Positions 9,041 through 17,969 of a DNA stretch of 64,000 nucleotides are shown here, piece by piece. A model generated the notes under the pieces. The model was not told the origin of the DNA. It saw only the letters and a list, made by a program, of their open reading frames with translations, and did no database searches. The DNA lies in contig CBDFJQ010000002.1 of assembly GCA_965248575.1 (NCBI GenBank), forward strand, positions 2,944,001-3,008,000. Direction: 5' to 3'. The translations under genes were made by a program, and so were the position numbers. The stretch is from Planctomycetota bacterium. Lineage in GTDB: Bacteria > Planctomycetota > B15-G4. The first letter of the stretch is position 1. Each line of letters begins with the position of its first letter.

Positions 9041-11110
9041 TCAGCTTTCGAGCGCTGCTTGGGGCGGCTCACCGGCGAGAGGCTGCTCCAGCTCCGGCAC
9101 CTCATCGTCCACCTCGGCGAGGTCATCCTCGCGCACCCGACGTACCGACCGTTCGGTGAGGTAGGTGTTGTCGGACAACCCATGGTGCAGGTCACGGCGA
9201 ATGGCCGTTGCCTCCGTCTCGGTCAGTTCTGCGCTGGTCACCAGCCGTGAAAGCGCGGCGTCATAGCGGTCCTTCACCCAGGTGGGGTCGTAGCCGACAT
9301 AGTCGAGCACCTTGCCCACCGGCTCACCGCGCACGGTGTGGGCAAAGGTCGGCTGGCCGAGTTCGTCGAAGCCGACATGCACGGTGTCCGTGTCACCGAA
9401 CAGGTTGTGAAGATCGCCCAAGGTCTCCTGGTAGGCACCCACCAGGAAGATGCCGAGCATGTAGCGCTCGCCCTCGCGCAGCCGATGGACCTCCAAGACC
9501 TTCTTCACGTCCCGGACGTCCGCGAAGCGGTCGATGCGGCCGTCGCTGTCACAGGTCATGTCGCCCAGGACGGCATGCTCGGTGGGCTCCTCATCCAGCC
9601 GATGAATGGGCATGACCGGGAAGATCTGTCGGATGGCCCAATGGTCCGGCGCCGACTGGAAGACGCTGAAATTGCAGAAATAGATATCTGCGATCCGTCG
9701 GTGCAGGCCCTCCAGATCCTCCGGCACGAAGTCGATCGTCTTCGCGACCTGGGCTGCCCGATCGCATGTGGCGAAGAAGAGATTCTCACAAAGCGCCCGC
9801 GTGGGCAGGTCCACGAGACCGAGCTTGAAGCGCGACTGGAGTTCGTCCCGCAAGCTCAAGGCGTCGTGATAGACCTCGAGCACCGTCTTGGCAGAGAGCC
9901 GCTCGATGTTCTCGCGGAAGGACCCCACGATTTCCGCCTCACCCTCCGTCACCTCATCGACGATCCCGTCACGGGACAGGCGCGAGCAGCCGGTCACCTC
10001 GACGACCATCAAGGAGTGATGCGCCACCAGGGCCCGGCCCGTTTCCGTCACGATGTCTGGCATCGGCACGTCCGCATGGCGGCAGGCATCCTGGATCGTC
10101 CAGATCACGTCGTTCGCGTATTCCTGCTCGGTGTAGTTTCGCGACGACACGAAGTTCGTGCTGCTGCCGTCGTAATCCACGGCGAGGCCGCCGCCCACAT
10201 CGAAGATGTCCAGCGGGCAACCCATGGCGTGCAGCTCGACGAAGACACGGCTGGCTTCCTTGAGCGCTTCCTTCCAGGGCCGAATGGCCGTGATCTGGCT
10301 GCCGAGGTGGAAGTGCAGCAAGCGCATCCGGTCCATGAGCCCCAGTTCCTGCAGACGGGACACGCTCTCCACCAGCTGCGTGGAAGACAGGCCGAACTTC
10401 GCGCGGTCCCCAGCTGAAGACTCCCAGCGCCCGGAACCCTTGGCCGTGAGCCTGCTGCGCATGCCCAACCAGGGGCAGGCATCGCGCCCTTCACGCTCGA
10501 CCACGCGAGCTACCGTCTCGATCTCGGACGGCTTCTCGATGACTACGACCACCTCGTGGCCGAGACGGGTGGCCAGCACGGCGTTCTCGATGTACGACTC
10601 ATCCTTGTAGCCGTTGCAGACGATCAGGCTCGGCCGCTCCAGGAGCGCCACCACGGCGAGCATCTCCGGCTTGCTGCCCACCTCCAAGCCGAGGCCCGAC
10701 TCGCGGCCGGCTTCCAGCAAGCCCTCGACGACAGAGCGTTGCTGGTTGACCTTGATGGGGTACACGGGTCGATAGCGCCCGGTGTAGGCATGCTCCTCAG
10801 ACGCCCGACCGAACGCTTCATGCAAGCGCCCCAAGCGATGCCCCAGGATCCCATCGAACCGAATCAACAAGGGCAGCGACATGCCCTGCTTGCGCGCCAT
10901 CTCCACCACCCGCGTGAGCGCCACCGACGGACCACCCTCACCGCCAGGGGTCACGTGCAACAAACCGTCCGCCGCCGCACCGAAGTAGGGATCGCCCCAA
11001 CCGTGCAGGTTGTAGAGGTCCGCGCTCTTCTCGGGAGCCCACTTCTGGGGAGCTTCGTCCATGTCGCGCGGTCGCCACCTTTTCAGGAATGGAAAGTGCC
11101 GTTCGAACAA
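9041..11110 (-). CDS. speA: Biosynthetic arginine decarboxylase
   Basis: YPIKVNQ PLP lysine, HFHLGSQI, DVGGGLAVDYDG, TCDSDG; alternative start at 11062. Confidence 0.95.
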   Translation of the reverse strand: MFERHFPFLKRWRPRDMDEAPQKWAPEKSADLYNLHGWGDPYFGAAADGLLHVTPGGEGGPSVALTRVVEMARKQGMSLPLLIRFDGILGHRLGRLHEAFGRASEEHAYTGRYRPVYPIKVNQQRSVVEGLLEAGRESGLGLEVGSKPEMLAVVALLERPSLIVCNGYKDESYIENAVLATRLGHEVVVVIEKPSEIETVARVVEREGRDACPWLGMRSRLTAKGSGRWESSAGDRAKFGLSSTQLVESVSRLQELGLMDRMRLLHFHLGSQITAIRPWKEALKEASRVFVELHAMGCPLDIFDVGGGLAVDYDGSSTNFVSSRNYTEQEYANDVIWTIQDACRHADVPMPDIVTETGRALVAHHSLMVVEVTGCSRLSRDGIVDEVTEGEAEIVGSFRENIERLSAKTVLEVYHDALSLRDELQSRFKLGLVDLPTRALCENLFFATCDRAAQVAKTIDFVPEDLEGLHRRIADIYFCNFSVFQSAPDHWAIRQIFPVMPIHRLDEEPTEHAVLGDMTCDSDGRIDRFADVRDVKKVLEVHRLREGERYMLGIFLVGAYQETLGDLHNLFGDTDTVHVGFDELGQPTFAHTVRGEPVGKVLDYVGYDPTWVKDRYDAALSRLVTSAELTETEATAIRRDLHHGLSDNTYLTERSVRRVREDDLAEVDDEVPELEQPLAGEPPQAALES

Positions 11111-11244
11111 CGGCGCGGCACTATATCACGTCCCCTGAGGGGCGTCCGCTGCGGCGCGGACCCTCGCATTCAACTCGCATTCCAGGATCGGGAACAGCTC
11201 TGGCACCCTTCGCTAAACCCTCTTCGCGGCCACGAGCAGGACTC

Positions 11245-12411
11245 GTGTTCTTGCTCCTCAGCGGCCTCTTGCTGTGGGCCGGGACACCCTGCTTTGCGGA
11301 CGAGGTCCCCGTTCGCTCCGGCCCCTGGAAACCCGGGGATCCACCCGAAGGGTGGGTGCTGCTCGAGACGGAGCACTACCAGGTCCAAAGCGAGGTGGGG
11401 CTCGACACGGCAAAGCGCCTCGCCACCCATCTCGAGAGCATGCTCGAACGCTACCGCAGCTTCCTCCCCTCCACGCGACGCCTGCCACCTTTCGTCTTGA
11501 AGGTGTTTCGCAATCGCGCGGCGTACGAGCGGTACGGAGGCACGAGCGTGGCGCACTACGACCCCATCCAGAAGGAACTCGTCTGCTACGACACGGGAGT
11601 TTCGTTCGGTATCGCCCACACTCCGCCAGCCATTCGCCTGGGCAATCCGGACTCCGTCTACCTCGACGCCACCCAACACAGCCGTCTCGAAGAACTGTTC
11701 CAGCAGATCACGCTGGCCCACACACCGGACCTCGCCGAAGTGCTCGCCCACGAGGCTTGGCACCAGTACTTCCATGAGTACACCGTCAGCTGGGTTGCCA
11801 TGCCCAGCTGGATTGACGAGGGCGTTGGCGATTGGCTCTCCACACCGCTCACGGCGGACGGAACCCCAGCGCTCCATCAAAGCCGACTGCGCGACGTCCA
11901 ACAGGCCCTGCGCGCCGGGCACACCGTGCCCTTCTCCACCCTGCTTCAGTTCGAACAGGAGCAGTACTACGCCAACCCCGAGGTGTTCTACGCCCAGGGC
12001 TGGTCGATGGTCGCCTACCTCATGGCACACGAGAGCCCCGCCCAGCGCGCTGTCGTCCCCGACTTGATCCGGCACTTCAAGCGCACCAAGAACATCGGCG
12101 AAGCAACGAAGCTGGCCTTCAAGCAGCTGGACGTCGAGCAGCTCCACCGGGAGTGGATGGCCTGGGTCCTGTCCCAGAGGGCGGAGCAGCCGCTGCGAGC
12201 CCTGGCCCGGGAGTTTGGCGGACTGATCGAGCCTGAGCAGCTGGAAGCCCCCGTGGACTGGAAGCAGCGCTACGAGCAGCACATCCGTGAGGACGGCGAG
12301 CAGCGCGAGGGTGCGCTGGGCACCGAGGGCCAAGCCCTGCCGCACAGCGGGGCAGGGCGGGCAGGGCGGGCAGGGGACGGCGGAAAGAATGGAGCGGGTG
12401 AACGGAATTGA
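11245..12411 (+). CDS. DUF1570-like secreted zincin-fold protein
   Basis: Signal peptide; HEAWHQ (HExxH), PSWIDEG, YAQGWSMV; start uncertain; 3' end overlaps the tRNA on the opposite strand. Confidence 0.75.
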   Translation: MFLLLSGLLLWAGTPCFADEVPVRSGPWKPGDPPEGWVLLETEHYQVQSEVGLDTAKRLATHLESMLERYRSFLPSTRRLPPFVLKVFRNRAAYERYGGTSVAHYDPIQKELVCYDTGVSFGIAHTPPAIRLGNPDSVYLDATQHSRLEELFQQITLAHTPDLAEVLAHEAWHQYFHEYTVSWVAMPSWIDEGVGDWLSTPLTADGTPALHQSRLRDVQQALRAGHTVPFSTLLQFEQEQYYANPEVFYAQGWSMVAYLMAHESPAQRAVVPDLIRHFKRTKNIGEATKLAFKQLDVEQLHREWMAWVLSQRAEQPLRALAREFGGLIEPEQLEAPVDWKQRYEQHIREDGEQREGALGTEGQALPHSGAGRAGRAGDGGKNGAGERN

Positions 12412-12464
12412 ACCGTCGACAACAACGTTGGCAACGTTGTGCTCTACCACTGAGCTACACCCGC
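12390..12464 (-). tRNA. tRNA-Gly (GCC) with encoded CCA
   Basis: Reverse complement GCGGGTGTAGCTCAGTGGTAGAGCACAACGTTGCCAACGTTGTTGTCGACGGTTCAATTCCGTTCACCCGCTCCA folds into a cloverleaf with anticodon GCC. Confidence 0.97.
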
Positions 12465-12591
12465 TCTCGTGGTATCAGGCGTAGATAAGTACGCCACAAT
12501 ACCCCTGTTGGTCAAGTCCTGATCCGATTCCCGCTGCAGCAGCGGGTGCTGCCCTGGGTCACGACGGGCCGACCGACAGAGGGACCCGTGC

Positions 12592-12600
12592 TGCTAGACT
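12592..12600 (+). promoter_or_regulatory. Extended -10 promoter (TGcTAGACT), probably leaderless
   Basis: 7 nt upstream of the ATG at 12608, no SD. Confidence 0.55.
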
Positions 12601-12607
12601 CCGCCCC

Positions 12608-13840
12608 ATGCTCGATTGGCTGGCCTGCCGACTCCTCGCCCCGCGGCTGCTGGACCTCACCCAGCTCCCCCCGCCCGAGCTCCCTGAGCCGGCGTCCAGC
12701 GACGACCTCCTGACGCGCGCCGTCCAGACCTTCGATGAGCTGGAGTCCTTGGATTTCCAGGCCCGGGGGCCCACCAACCCATATCGATTGCTCATGGCCA
12801 TGGGCTGCCGGGACCTCCTGACCCGCGAGGCGGACCAGCAGCCCGACACCGCGGGGAGGGCCCCCAACTACGCGCCCCACCCTGGCTTCCAGCCCGTGGA
12901 GCTGCCGCTAGAGGGCGGGCCCACTCTCACGGGGCACCGTTCGACGGGAGCGCCTGGGGCACCGGTCGTCCTGGTGATCCACGGCATCTTCGACAGCCAC
13001 GTCACGGGCTACGTCGTGGAGTACTCGGAGACCCTGCGCCGCATGGGCTTCCACGTCCTCTCCCTGGACCTCAGGGACCACGGCCGGCGTCTGGGGAGCG
13101 AGCAGCCGCCTTCGCTTGGCATCGAGGAGGGTCGCGACATCTTCAGGGCAGCGCGATTGCTCTCGCGCGCCGAAGGCGTCTCGGTGGGCCTGCTCGGCCT
13201 GTCTTACGGCGCCCACTGCGTGGTGCGCGCCGCGCACGAGGCCACCCTTGCCGGCGAGGCCGACATCCTGCGGGGTGGCGTGCTCGCCGTCAGCGGGCCG
13301 CTCGACATCGGGGAAGCACTGCAGGCCTTCGATGACCCCTCCCGCCTACCCCGCGGCGACAGCTTCATGGACCGCATCATCTTCAAGGAAGTGTTGAAGG
13401 TCATGTCACGGCACCTACGCCTGAGGAGTCGTGGCGCCCGCCTGCAACGCCCGCGGCTCTGGGAGTCCTACGTGCGCCGCGTGCTCTTGCCGGCGCAAGC
13501 CATGCACGCACGACATGCCCAGGCAGCCCAGGCGGACCAGGCGGCGACCGCTGAAGCCGATGCAACCGACGCGGAGGTGGCCACCTTCCTGTCGAGCGCG
13601 CGCTCGGCCCAACCCGAAGTCGTGGGCAGCCTGCAGGTGCCCACCGCCATCGTGCATCCCGTGGACGACCCCTTGGTGCCCGTGCACCACGCGCGCCGAG
13701 CGCGCGAGGCCGCAGGCGACAATCCCTACGTGCGCGTCTTCGAGCTGCCCTTCGGAGGGCACATCGGCTTGTCCGGAGTCGACGGCCCGGGCACCGGCCA
13801 ACTCCTGGCCAACTTCTTCGGGCGCCTCCGGGATGGCTAG
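12608..13840 (+). CDS. Alpha/beta hydrolase (YheT-like)
   Basis: IHG oxyanion motif, GLSYG nucleophile, DDPLV, GGHIG. Confidence 0.85.
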   Translation: MLDWLACRLLAPRLLDLTQLPPPELPEPASSDDLLTRAVQTFDELESLDFQARGPTNPYRLLMAMGCRDLLTREADQQPDTAGRAPNYAPHPGFQPVELPLEGGPTLTGHRSTGAPGAPVVLVIHGIFDSHVTGYVVEYSETLRRMGFHVLSLDLRDHGRRLGSEQPPSLGIEEGRDIFRAARLLSRAEGVSVGLLGLSYGAHCVVRAAHEATLAGEADILRGGVLAVSGPLDIGEALQAFDDPSRLPRGDSFMDRIIFKEVLKVMSRHLRLRSRGARLQRPRLWESYVRRVLLPAQAMHARHAQAAQADQAATAEADATDAEVATFLSSARSAQPEVVGSLQVPTAIVHPVDDPLVPVHHARRAREAAGDNPYVRVFELPFGGHIGLSGVDGPGTGQLLANFFGRLRDG

Positions 13841-13862
13841 CGGTCTCGCCAGCCCGGGCAGG

Positions 13863-14723
13863 TCAGCGCGAAGCCTGGCCGCCTGCCGCCTCTGTCAGCG
13901 CCCCCTGCAGCTCTGCTGGCGCTGCCATGTAGTCCAGGAGGCGTTGGCCACGACCGACCGTCCTGGCTCCTTCAATGGCGGCACGCACGTAGTGCTTGGC
14001 CATCTCCACGGCGTCCTCCAGCGGATACTTGCGCGCCAGCAGCGCCGCGATGGCGGACGACAGGGCGCAGCCCGTCCCGTGCACAGACCTGCGACGGGGA
14101 ACACGAGGCGCGGAAAACAGGATGACCTCTTTCTTCGTACCTAGGATGTCGACCGACTCGGCCCCGGAAAGATGGCCGCCCTTGATGAGCACATTGCGGG
14201 CACCCAGCCGCAGCAACTCTCGAATGACCGGCTCCGTGTCACTGCGCACGTGAGCGACACTCGTGCCCGTCAGCTCGGCCGCTTCGTCGATGTTCGGCGT
14301 CACGAGCGTCGCCAGGGGCAAGAGCTGGCGCATGAACACGGGAACATCCGCCGATGGCAGGATGCGCTTGCCATCGCTCGAAGCCAGGACAGGATCGATG
14401 ACGATGGGGATCCGCTTGGCAGCCAGTGGGCCCAAGGCGCGAGCCACCGCGCGCACGACTTCCGCCGAAGGCAACATACCCACCTTGACGGCCGCCGGCC
14501 GGACATCGGCGAAGAGGGCACCCAACTGCGCCTTCACTTCTCTGCCGGAGAGAGCCTTGATCTGCTTCAAGCCGCTCGGGCCCTGCACCGTCCATGCTGT
14601 GGGAACGGCCGCACCAGAGAGTCCCATGCGCAGGAACACCTTCAGATCACCTTGCAAGCCAGCGCCACCACTCGGGTCGGAGCCGGCAATGGTCAGGGGA
14701 ACGAGCGGTCGAGAGCGGCTCAT
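13863..14723 (-). CDS. thiD: Hydroxymethylpyrimidine/phosphomethylpyrimidine kinase
   Basis: IAGSDPSGGAGLQGD, VKVGML, DPVL, TPNIDEA, KGGH, HGTGC. Confidence 0.95.
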   Translation of the reverse strand: MSRSRPLVPLTIAGSDPSGGAGLQGDLKVFLRMGLSGAAVPTAWTVQGPSGLKQIKALSGREVKAQLGALFADVRPAAVKVGMLPSAEVVRAVARALGPLAAKRIPIVIDPVLASSDGKRILPSADVPVFMRQLLPLATLVTPNIDEAAELTGTSVAHVRSDTEPVIRELLRLGARNVLIKGGHLSGAESVDILGTKKEVILFSAPRVPRRRSVHGTGCALSSAIAALLARKYPLEDAVEMAKHYVRAAIEGARTVGRGQRLLDYMAAPAELQGALTEAAGGQASR

Positions 14724-15382
14724 GAGAACCCCAAGCGCAACAAGCTGTCGACGGCTGGCTTGAGCAGGGACGGCTCGGGCAGCGGGTCCACGTCCAGCAC
14801 CAAGTCCAGGCCTCGGGTGGTCCATTGGGCCATGGATCCAAAGTCCAGCTCACCGAGCCCCGGCGGCAAGCCAGCCTCCCCCAAAGACACATCGTCCAGG
14901 AGCACCCCGCCCAGGAAGCTGCTCAGCCGATCGACCCAGAGGGTGTCGGCCTGTTCCAGCAAGAACGCTCGGGAAGGCCGGTGCCAGTAGCCCAGGGACA
15001 GGTTCGTGAGGTCCTCCAGGAGCAGCCCCATGACCTCTGGCTCCGCCAGCGACCCGGAAGCGGGCGTCTGCACGGCGAGCGCCAGGCCAGACACCTGGCG
15101 GGCAAAGGCAAACATCGAGCGGCAGGCTGCATCCAGCTCCACCTCCTCTGGCAGGTCCAACACGAGGCGCTGGGCACCGGAAGCTTTTGCAGCTGCCACG
15201 GCCTCGCCACGATCGGCCCAGAGGCTCTGCACTCCCATGGCGGGCACCTCGTGCAATTCTGCAGCGGAGGCACCCTTGTGGGCCTCTATGAGCACTTTGT
15301 TCAAGCCGGTGCTGGCCAGGGCCTCAACGATGAACGGCCCATTCAGGCTGTTCTCAGCAAGACATCGGGTCCCGAGAATCAT
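14720..15382 (-). CDS. Xylose-isomerase-like TIM-barrel protein with degenerate metal sites
   Basis: LGYWH, LGGVLLDD, LPPGLGELDF, LVLDV resemble the sugar phosphate isomerase/epimerase fold; ATGA overlap with thiD. Confidence 0.6.
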   Translation of the reverse strand: MILGTRCLAENSLNGPFIVEALASTGLNKVLIEAHKGASAAELHEVPAMGVQSLWADRGEAVAAAKASGAQRLVLDLPEEVELDAACRSMFAFARQVSGLALAVQTPASGSLAEPEVMGLLLEDLTNLSLGYWHRPSRAFLLEQADTLWVDRLSSFLGGVLLDDVSLGEAGLPPGLGELDFGSMAQWTTRGLDLVLDVDPLPEPSLLKPAVDSLLRLGFS

Positions 15383-15467
15383 GCGAGGCTCACAATCGTC
15401 CAAACACCCTTCGAGGGGCCCCGGTATGGGTCCGCATCATCCCAGGCACGAGTGACGGAGAATACCG

Positions 15468-17366
15468 ATGAAGACCACCCTCGTCGCCCACCTAACCATG
15501 GTGGGCATCATGTTCGGCAACCCAGTGTTCGGGATCCCGGGGGCCACGGCCTCCGCCCAGGATGCAGCCCCCGAAGCCGTCAGCGCACCGGAGGCGGCAG
15601 CCCCCCGCGCCCGACTCCAACTGCCGCGACTCAAACTGCCCCATCCCGCTGCAGCACCTCGCCCCATCACGGCCCCCGTGCCGACCCAGCTCCCAGCCGG
15701 AGTGCGAGTCCAAGCCCTGCCCGGGATCCAGCATCGCGTGAGCGCGGCACCGGTGGTCCTCGCCACCGAGGATGACACCCCCAAGCTCGGCGTCATGATC
15801 GACATCACCGACGACGGCCTGCTCGTGGACGAGGTCACAGAGGACAGCCTGGCGGAAGCCGCCGGCGTCCAGGCCGGAGACCTGCTGCTGAAAATGGATG
15901 GCCGCCTGATCCTGGAGGTCGACGACCTGCGTGCCGCGCTGCGCGACACCGCCCCTGGCCAGGCCATTTCCCTCACGGTCATCCGCGAAGGCGAGGGCCT
16001 GGTGAAGCTCAAGGCCGCCATGCCCAAGCCGAAGACCAAGAAGTCCAAGCAGGCCCCCCATGCCGACGGCCCCGCGCACGGCGGCGGCTTCCTCGGCGTC
16101 CAGCTGGGTGAAGGCGACGAAGACGGCGTGTCGGTTGTGGGCGTCGTGGAACAGTCTGCTGCCTGGCATGCGGGCCTGGACGACGGCGACGTGCTGCTCA
16201 GCATTGGAGGAAAGTCGGTGACCAGCGGCGAAGACGTCGTGAACGCCGTGGCCTCCCAAGGCGTGGGCAGCTTCCTGAAGATCGTCTACGAGCGCGACGG
16301 GGACGAGCACAAGGCACGCGCCCGCCTCGGTGCGCGCTCACCCATGCCCGGTGCCCTCAGCGGCGCCGTGATCGACATGATGGCCCCAGGCACGTTCCAG
16401 GGCCTGCTCGACGTCAGCGAGAATGGCGGCGCGTGGAGCGTGCTCGCCCCCGGTGACGGTCAGCTGGCCATCCCGCACAACCAGTTCTTCGTGCGCAAGT
16501 CCGACGATGACGACGACGGCAACGTGTTCAGCTGGAGCACCGATGATGGCGACGGCGACGACGATCACTTCATGATCTTCAACGGCGAAGACGGAGGCGT
16601 CTGGACTTCGGACTCCCCCGGCGACCACGACGTCGACATCCACCAGCTGCTCCAGGAGCACGGTGGCAACGTCCACCTCAAGGGCCTCGAGGACCTCAAG
16701 GGCTTGAAGGGCCTCAAGGGCTTGAAGGGCCTCAAGGGCTTGAAGGACCTCAAGGGCTTGAAGAGTCTCAAGAGCCTTAAGGGACTGAAGAGCCTCAAGA
16801 ATCTCAAGCAGCTCAAGTCGGGTCACAGCAACGGCTTCACCTTCGATTCCAGCGACCTGCATGAGCTCGGAGACCACGAGAATTCCCTGCAGATCAACAT
16901 CGAGGATGGCGTGCTCACCATCGACCGGGATGGGGACGTGCAGGTCATCGAGCTGGATGAGCTGGACGAGTTGCAAAACCTCGATATCCATGGCCTGAAC
17001 ATCCAGGGCATCACCGACGATCTCCTCCATCAGATCGATGGCAAGGACGGCAAGGCGGTCTACAGCTTCAAGCTCCGGAGCAGCTCCGGCACCCACGACG
17101 GGCAAGCCAACCACCACGCTCCTCAGCCCCGTGTGCGGACGCTGAGCTTCTCACCCAACAGCCAGGCGGCCGTCGTGCTCAACGAAGGCTGCTGCTCGGA
17201 GGAAGAAGTCATCGCCTGCGAGCTCGCCTTGGCAGAGGACTGCGAAGCGATCCTCGTGGAGTGTGAAGCCGCTGCGGAAGCTTGCGAGGCGGTCATTGCC
17301 GAGTGCGAAGCCGCTGCGGCGGAGTGCGAGGTAGAAAGCACCCAGGAGACTGGCAGCGTGAACTGA
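15468..17366 (+). CDS. Secreted tandem-PDZ protein with low-complexity K-x-L repeat and Cys-rich C-terminus
   Basis: Signal peptide; two PDZ domains ([30 protein letters not shown]); no protease domain. Confidence 0.85.
   Translation: MKTTLVAHLTMVGIMFGNPVFGIPGATASAQDAAPEAVSAPEAAAPRARLQLPRLKLPHPAAAPRPITAPVPTQLPAGVRVQALPGIQHRVSAAPVVLATEDDTPKLGVMIDITDDGLLVDEVTEDSLAEAAGVQAGDLLLKMDGRLILEVDDLRAALRDTAPGQAISLTVIREGEGLVKLKAAMPKPKTKKSKQAPHADGPAHGGGFLGVQLGEGDEDGVSVVGVVEQSAAWHAGLDDGDVLLSIGGKSVTSGEDVVNAVASQGVGSFLKIVYERDGDEHKARARLGARSPMPGALSGAVIDMMAPGTFQGLLDVSENGGAWSVLAPGDGQLAIPHNQFFVRKSDDDDDGNVFSWSTDDGDGDDDHFMIFNGEDGGVWTSDSPGDHDVDIHQLLQEHGGNVHLKGLEDLKGLKGLKGLKGLKGLKDLKGLKSLKSLKGLKSLKNLKQLKSGHSNGFTFDSSDLHELGDHENSLQINIEDGVLTIDRDGDVQVIELDELDELQNLDIHGLNIQGITDDLLHQIDGKDGKAVYSFKLRSSSGTHDGQANHHAPQPRVRTLSFSPNSQAAVVLNEGCCSEEEVIACELALAEDCEAILVECEAAAEACEAVIAECEAAAAECEVESTQETGSVN
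16677..16817 (+). repeat. 9/18-bp tandem repeat encoding LKG/LKS tripeptides
   Basis: Units of ctcaagggcttgaagggc that degenerate towards the 3' end. Confidence 0.85.
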
Positions 17367-17373
17367 GCCAGCA

Positions 17374-17940
17374 CTAGCTCCCGCACGACCCATCAGGCGG
17401 CGCGTCGGTCATCCGGCGCGTCGCCTGTGTCGTTTGGGTCCAACGCAGAAGTGCCGACGCCAGGTGCTCCCGCTCGATACGGCCCAGTTGGTACGCCAAC
17501 TGCCGCGTGAGCAACCTCACCCGGTCTGCTCGCTCAAGCCTGTGAAAGGACACCGCCTCCAAAGCAGCGCAGATCGGCGGCACGCTGCGTAGCAAGGGGG
17601 CCGCCCCGGCCGGGGCACCGCTCCTGGCACCGCTCCTGGTACCGCTCCTGGTACCGCTCCTGGTACCGCTCCTGGTACCGCTCCTGGTACCGCTCCTGGT
17701 ACCGCTCCTGGTACCGGCAGAAGCATCGGCCGCTGACGACTGAGGCACGACCGGAACGATGCGCCGCGCCGCCAAGCCGCAGAGAATGCTGAAGGGATCC
17801 CGCAACACTCCCTGGCCCTCGAGGTGACGTGCCATGGGCTCCGCCCGGCGCGCCACCACAGCGCGCAGTTCGTTCATGGCCCGCATGGCCCAATCGGTGT
17901 TGCGATCGTTGGCCCGTGTGTTCGTCCGTCGGTTTGTCAT
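17374..17940 (-). CDS. Hypothetical protein containing an (SGTR)n repeat
   Basis: ORF directly downstream of purB; repeat is in frame. Confidence 0.5.
   Translation of the reverse strand: MTNRRTNTRANDRNTDWAMRAMNELRAVVARRAEPMARHLEGQGVLRDPFSILCGLAARRIVPVVPQSSAADASAGTRSGTRSGTRSGTRSGTRSGTRSGTRSGARSGAPAGAAPLLRSVPPICAALEAVSFHRLERADRVRLLTRQLAYQLGRIEREHLASALLRWTQTTQATRRMTDAPPDGSCGS
17617..17715. repeat. 12-bp tandem repeat, 8 copies (accgctcctggt)
   Basis: Seven perfect copies plus one with a single mismatch. Confidence 0.95.
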
Positions 17941-17969
17941 AGGCGCGAGATGCCACGCGCGCCCTTGAA

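Noticed and set aside
12390..12464. tRNA-Gly as an integration site
   Set aside because: No integrase and no duplicated tRNA 3' end noticed; flanks look like core genes
15383..15467. TPP riboswitch upstream of the thiD unit
   Set aside because: Gap too short and no TPP aptamer motifs
17617..17715. Possible CRISPR array
   Set aside because: Contiguous 12-bp units with no spacers and no cas genes; a tandem repeat
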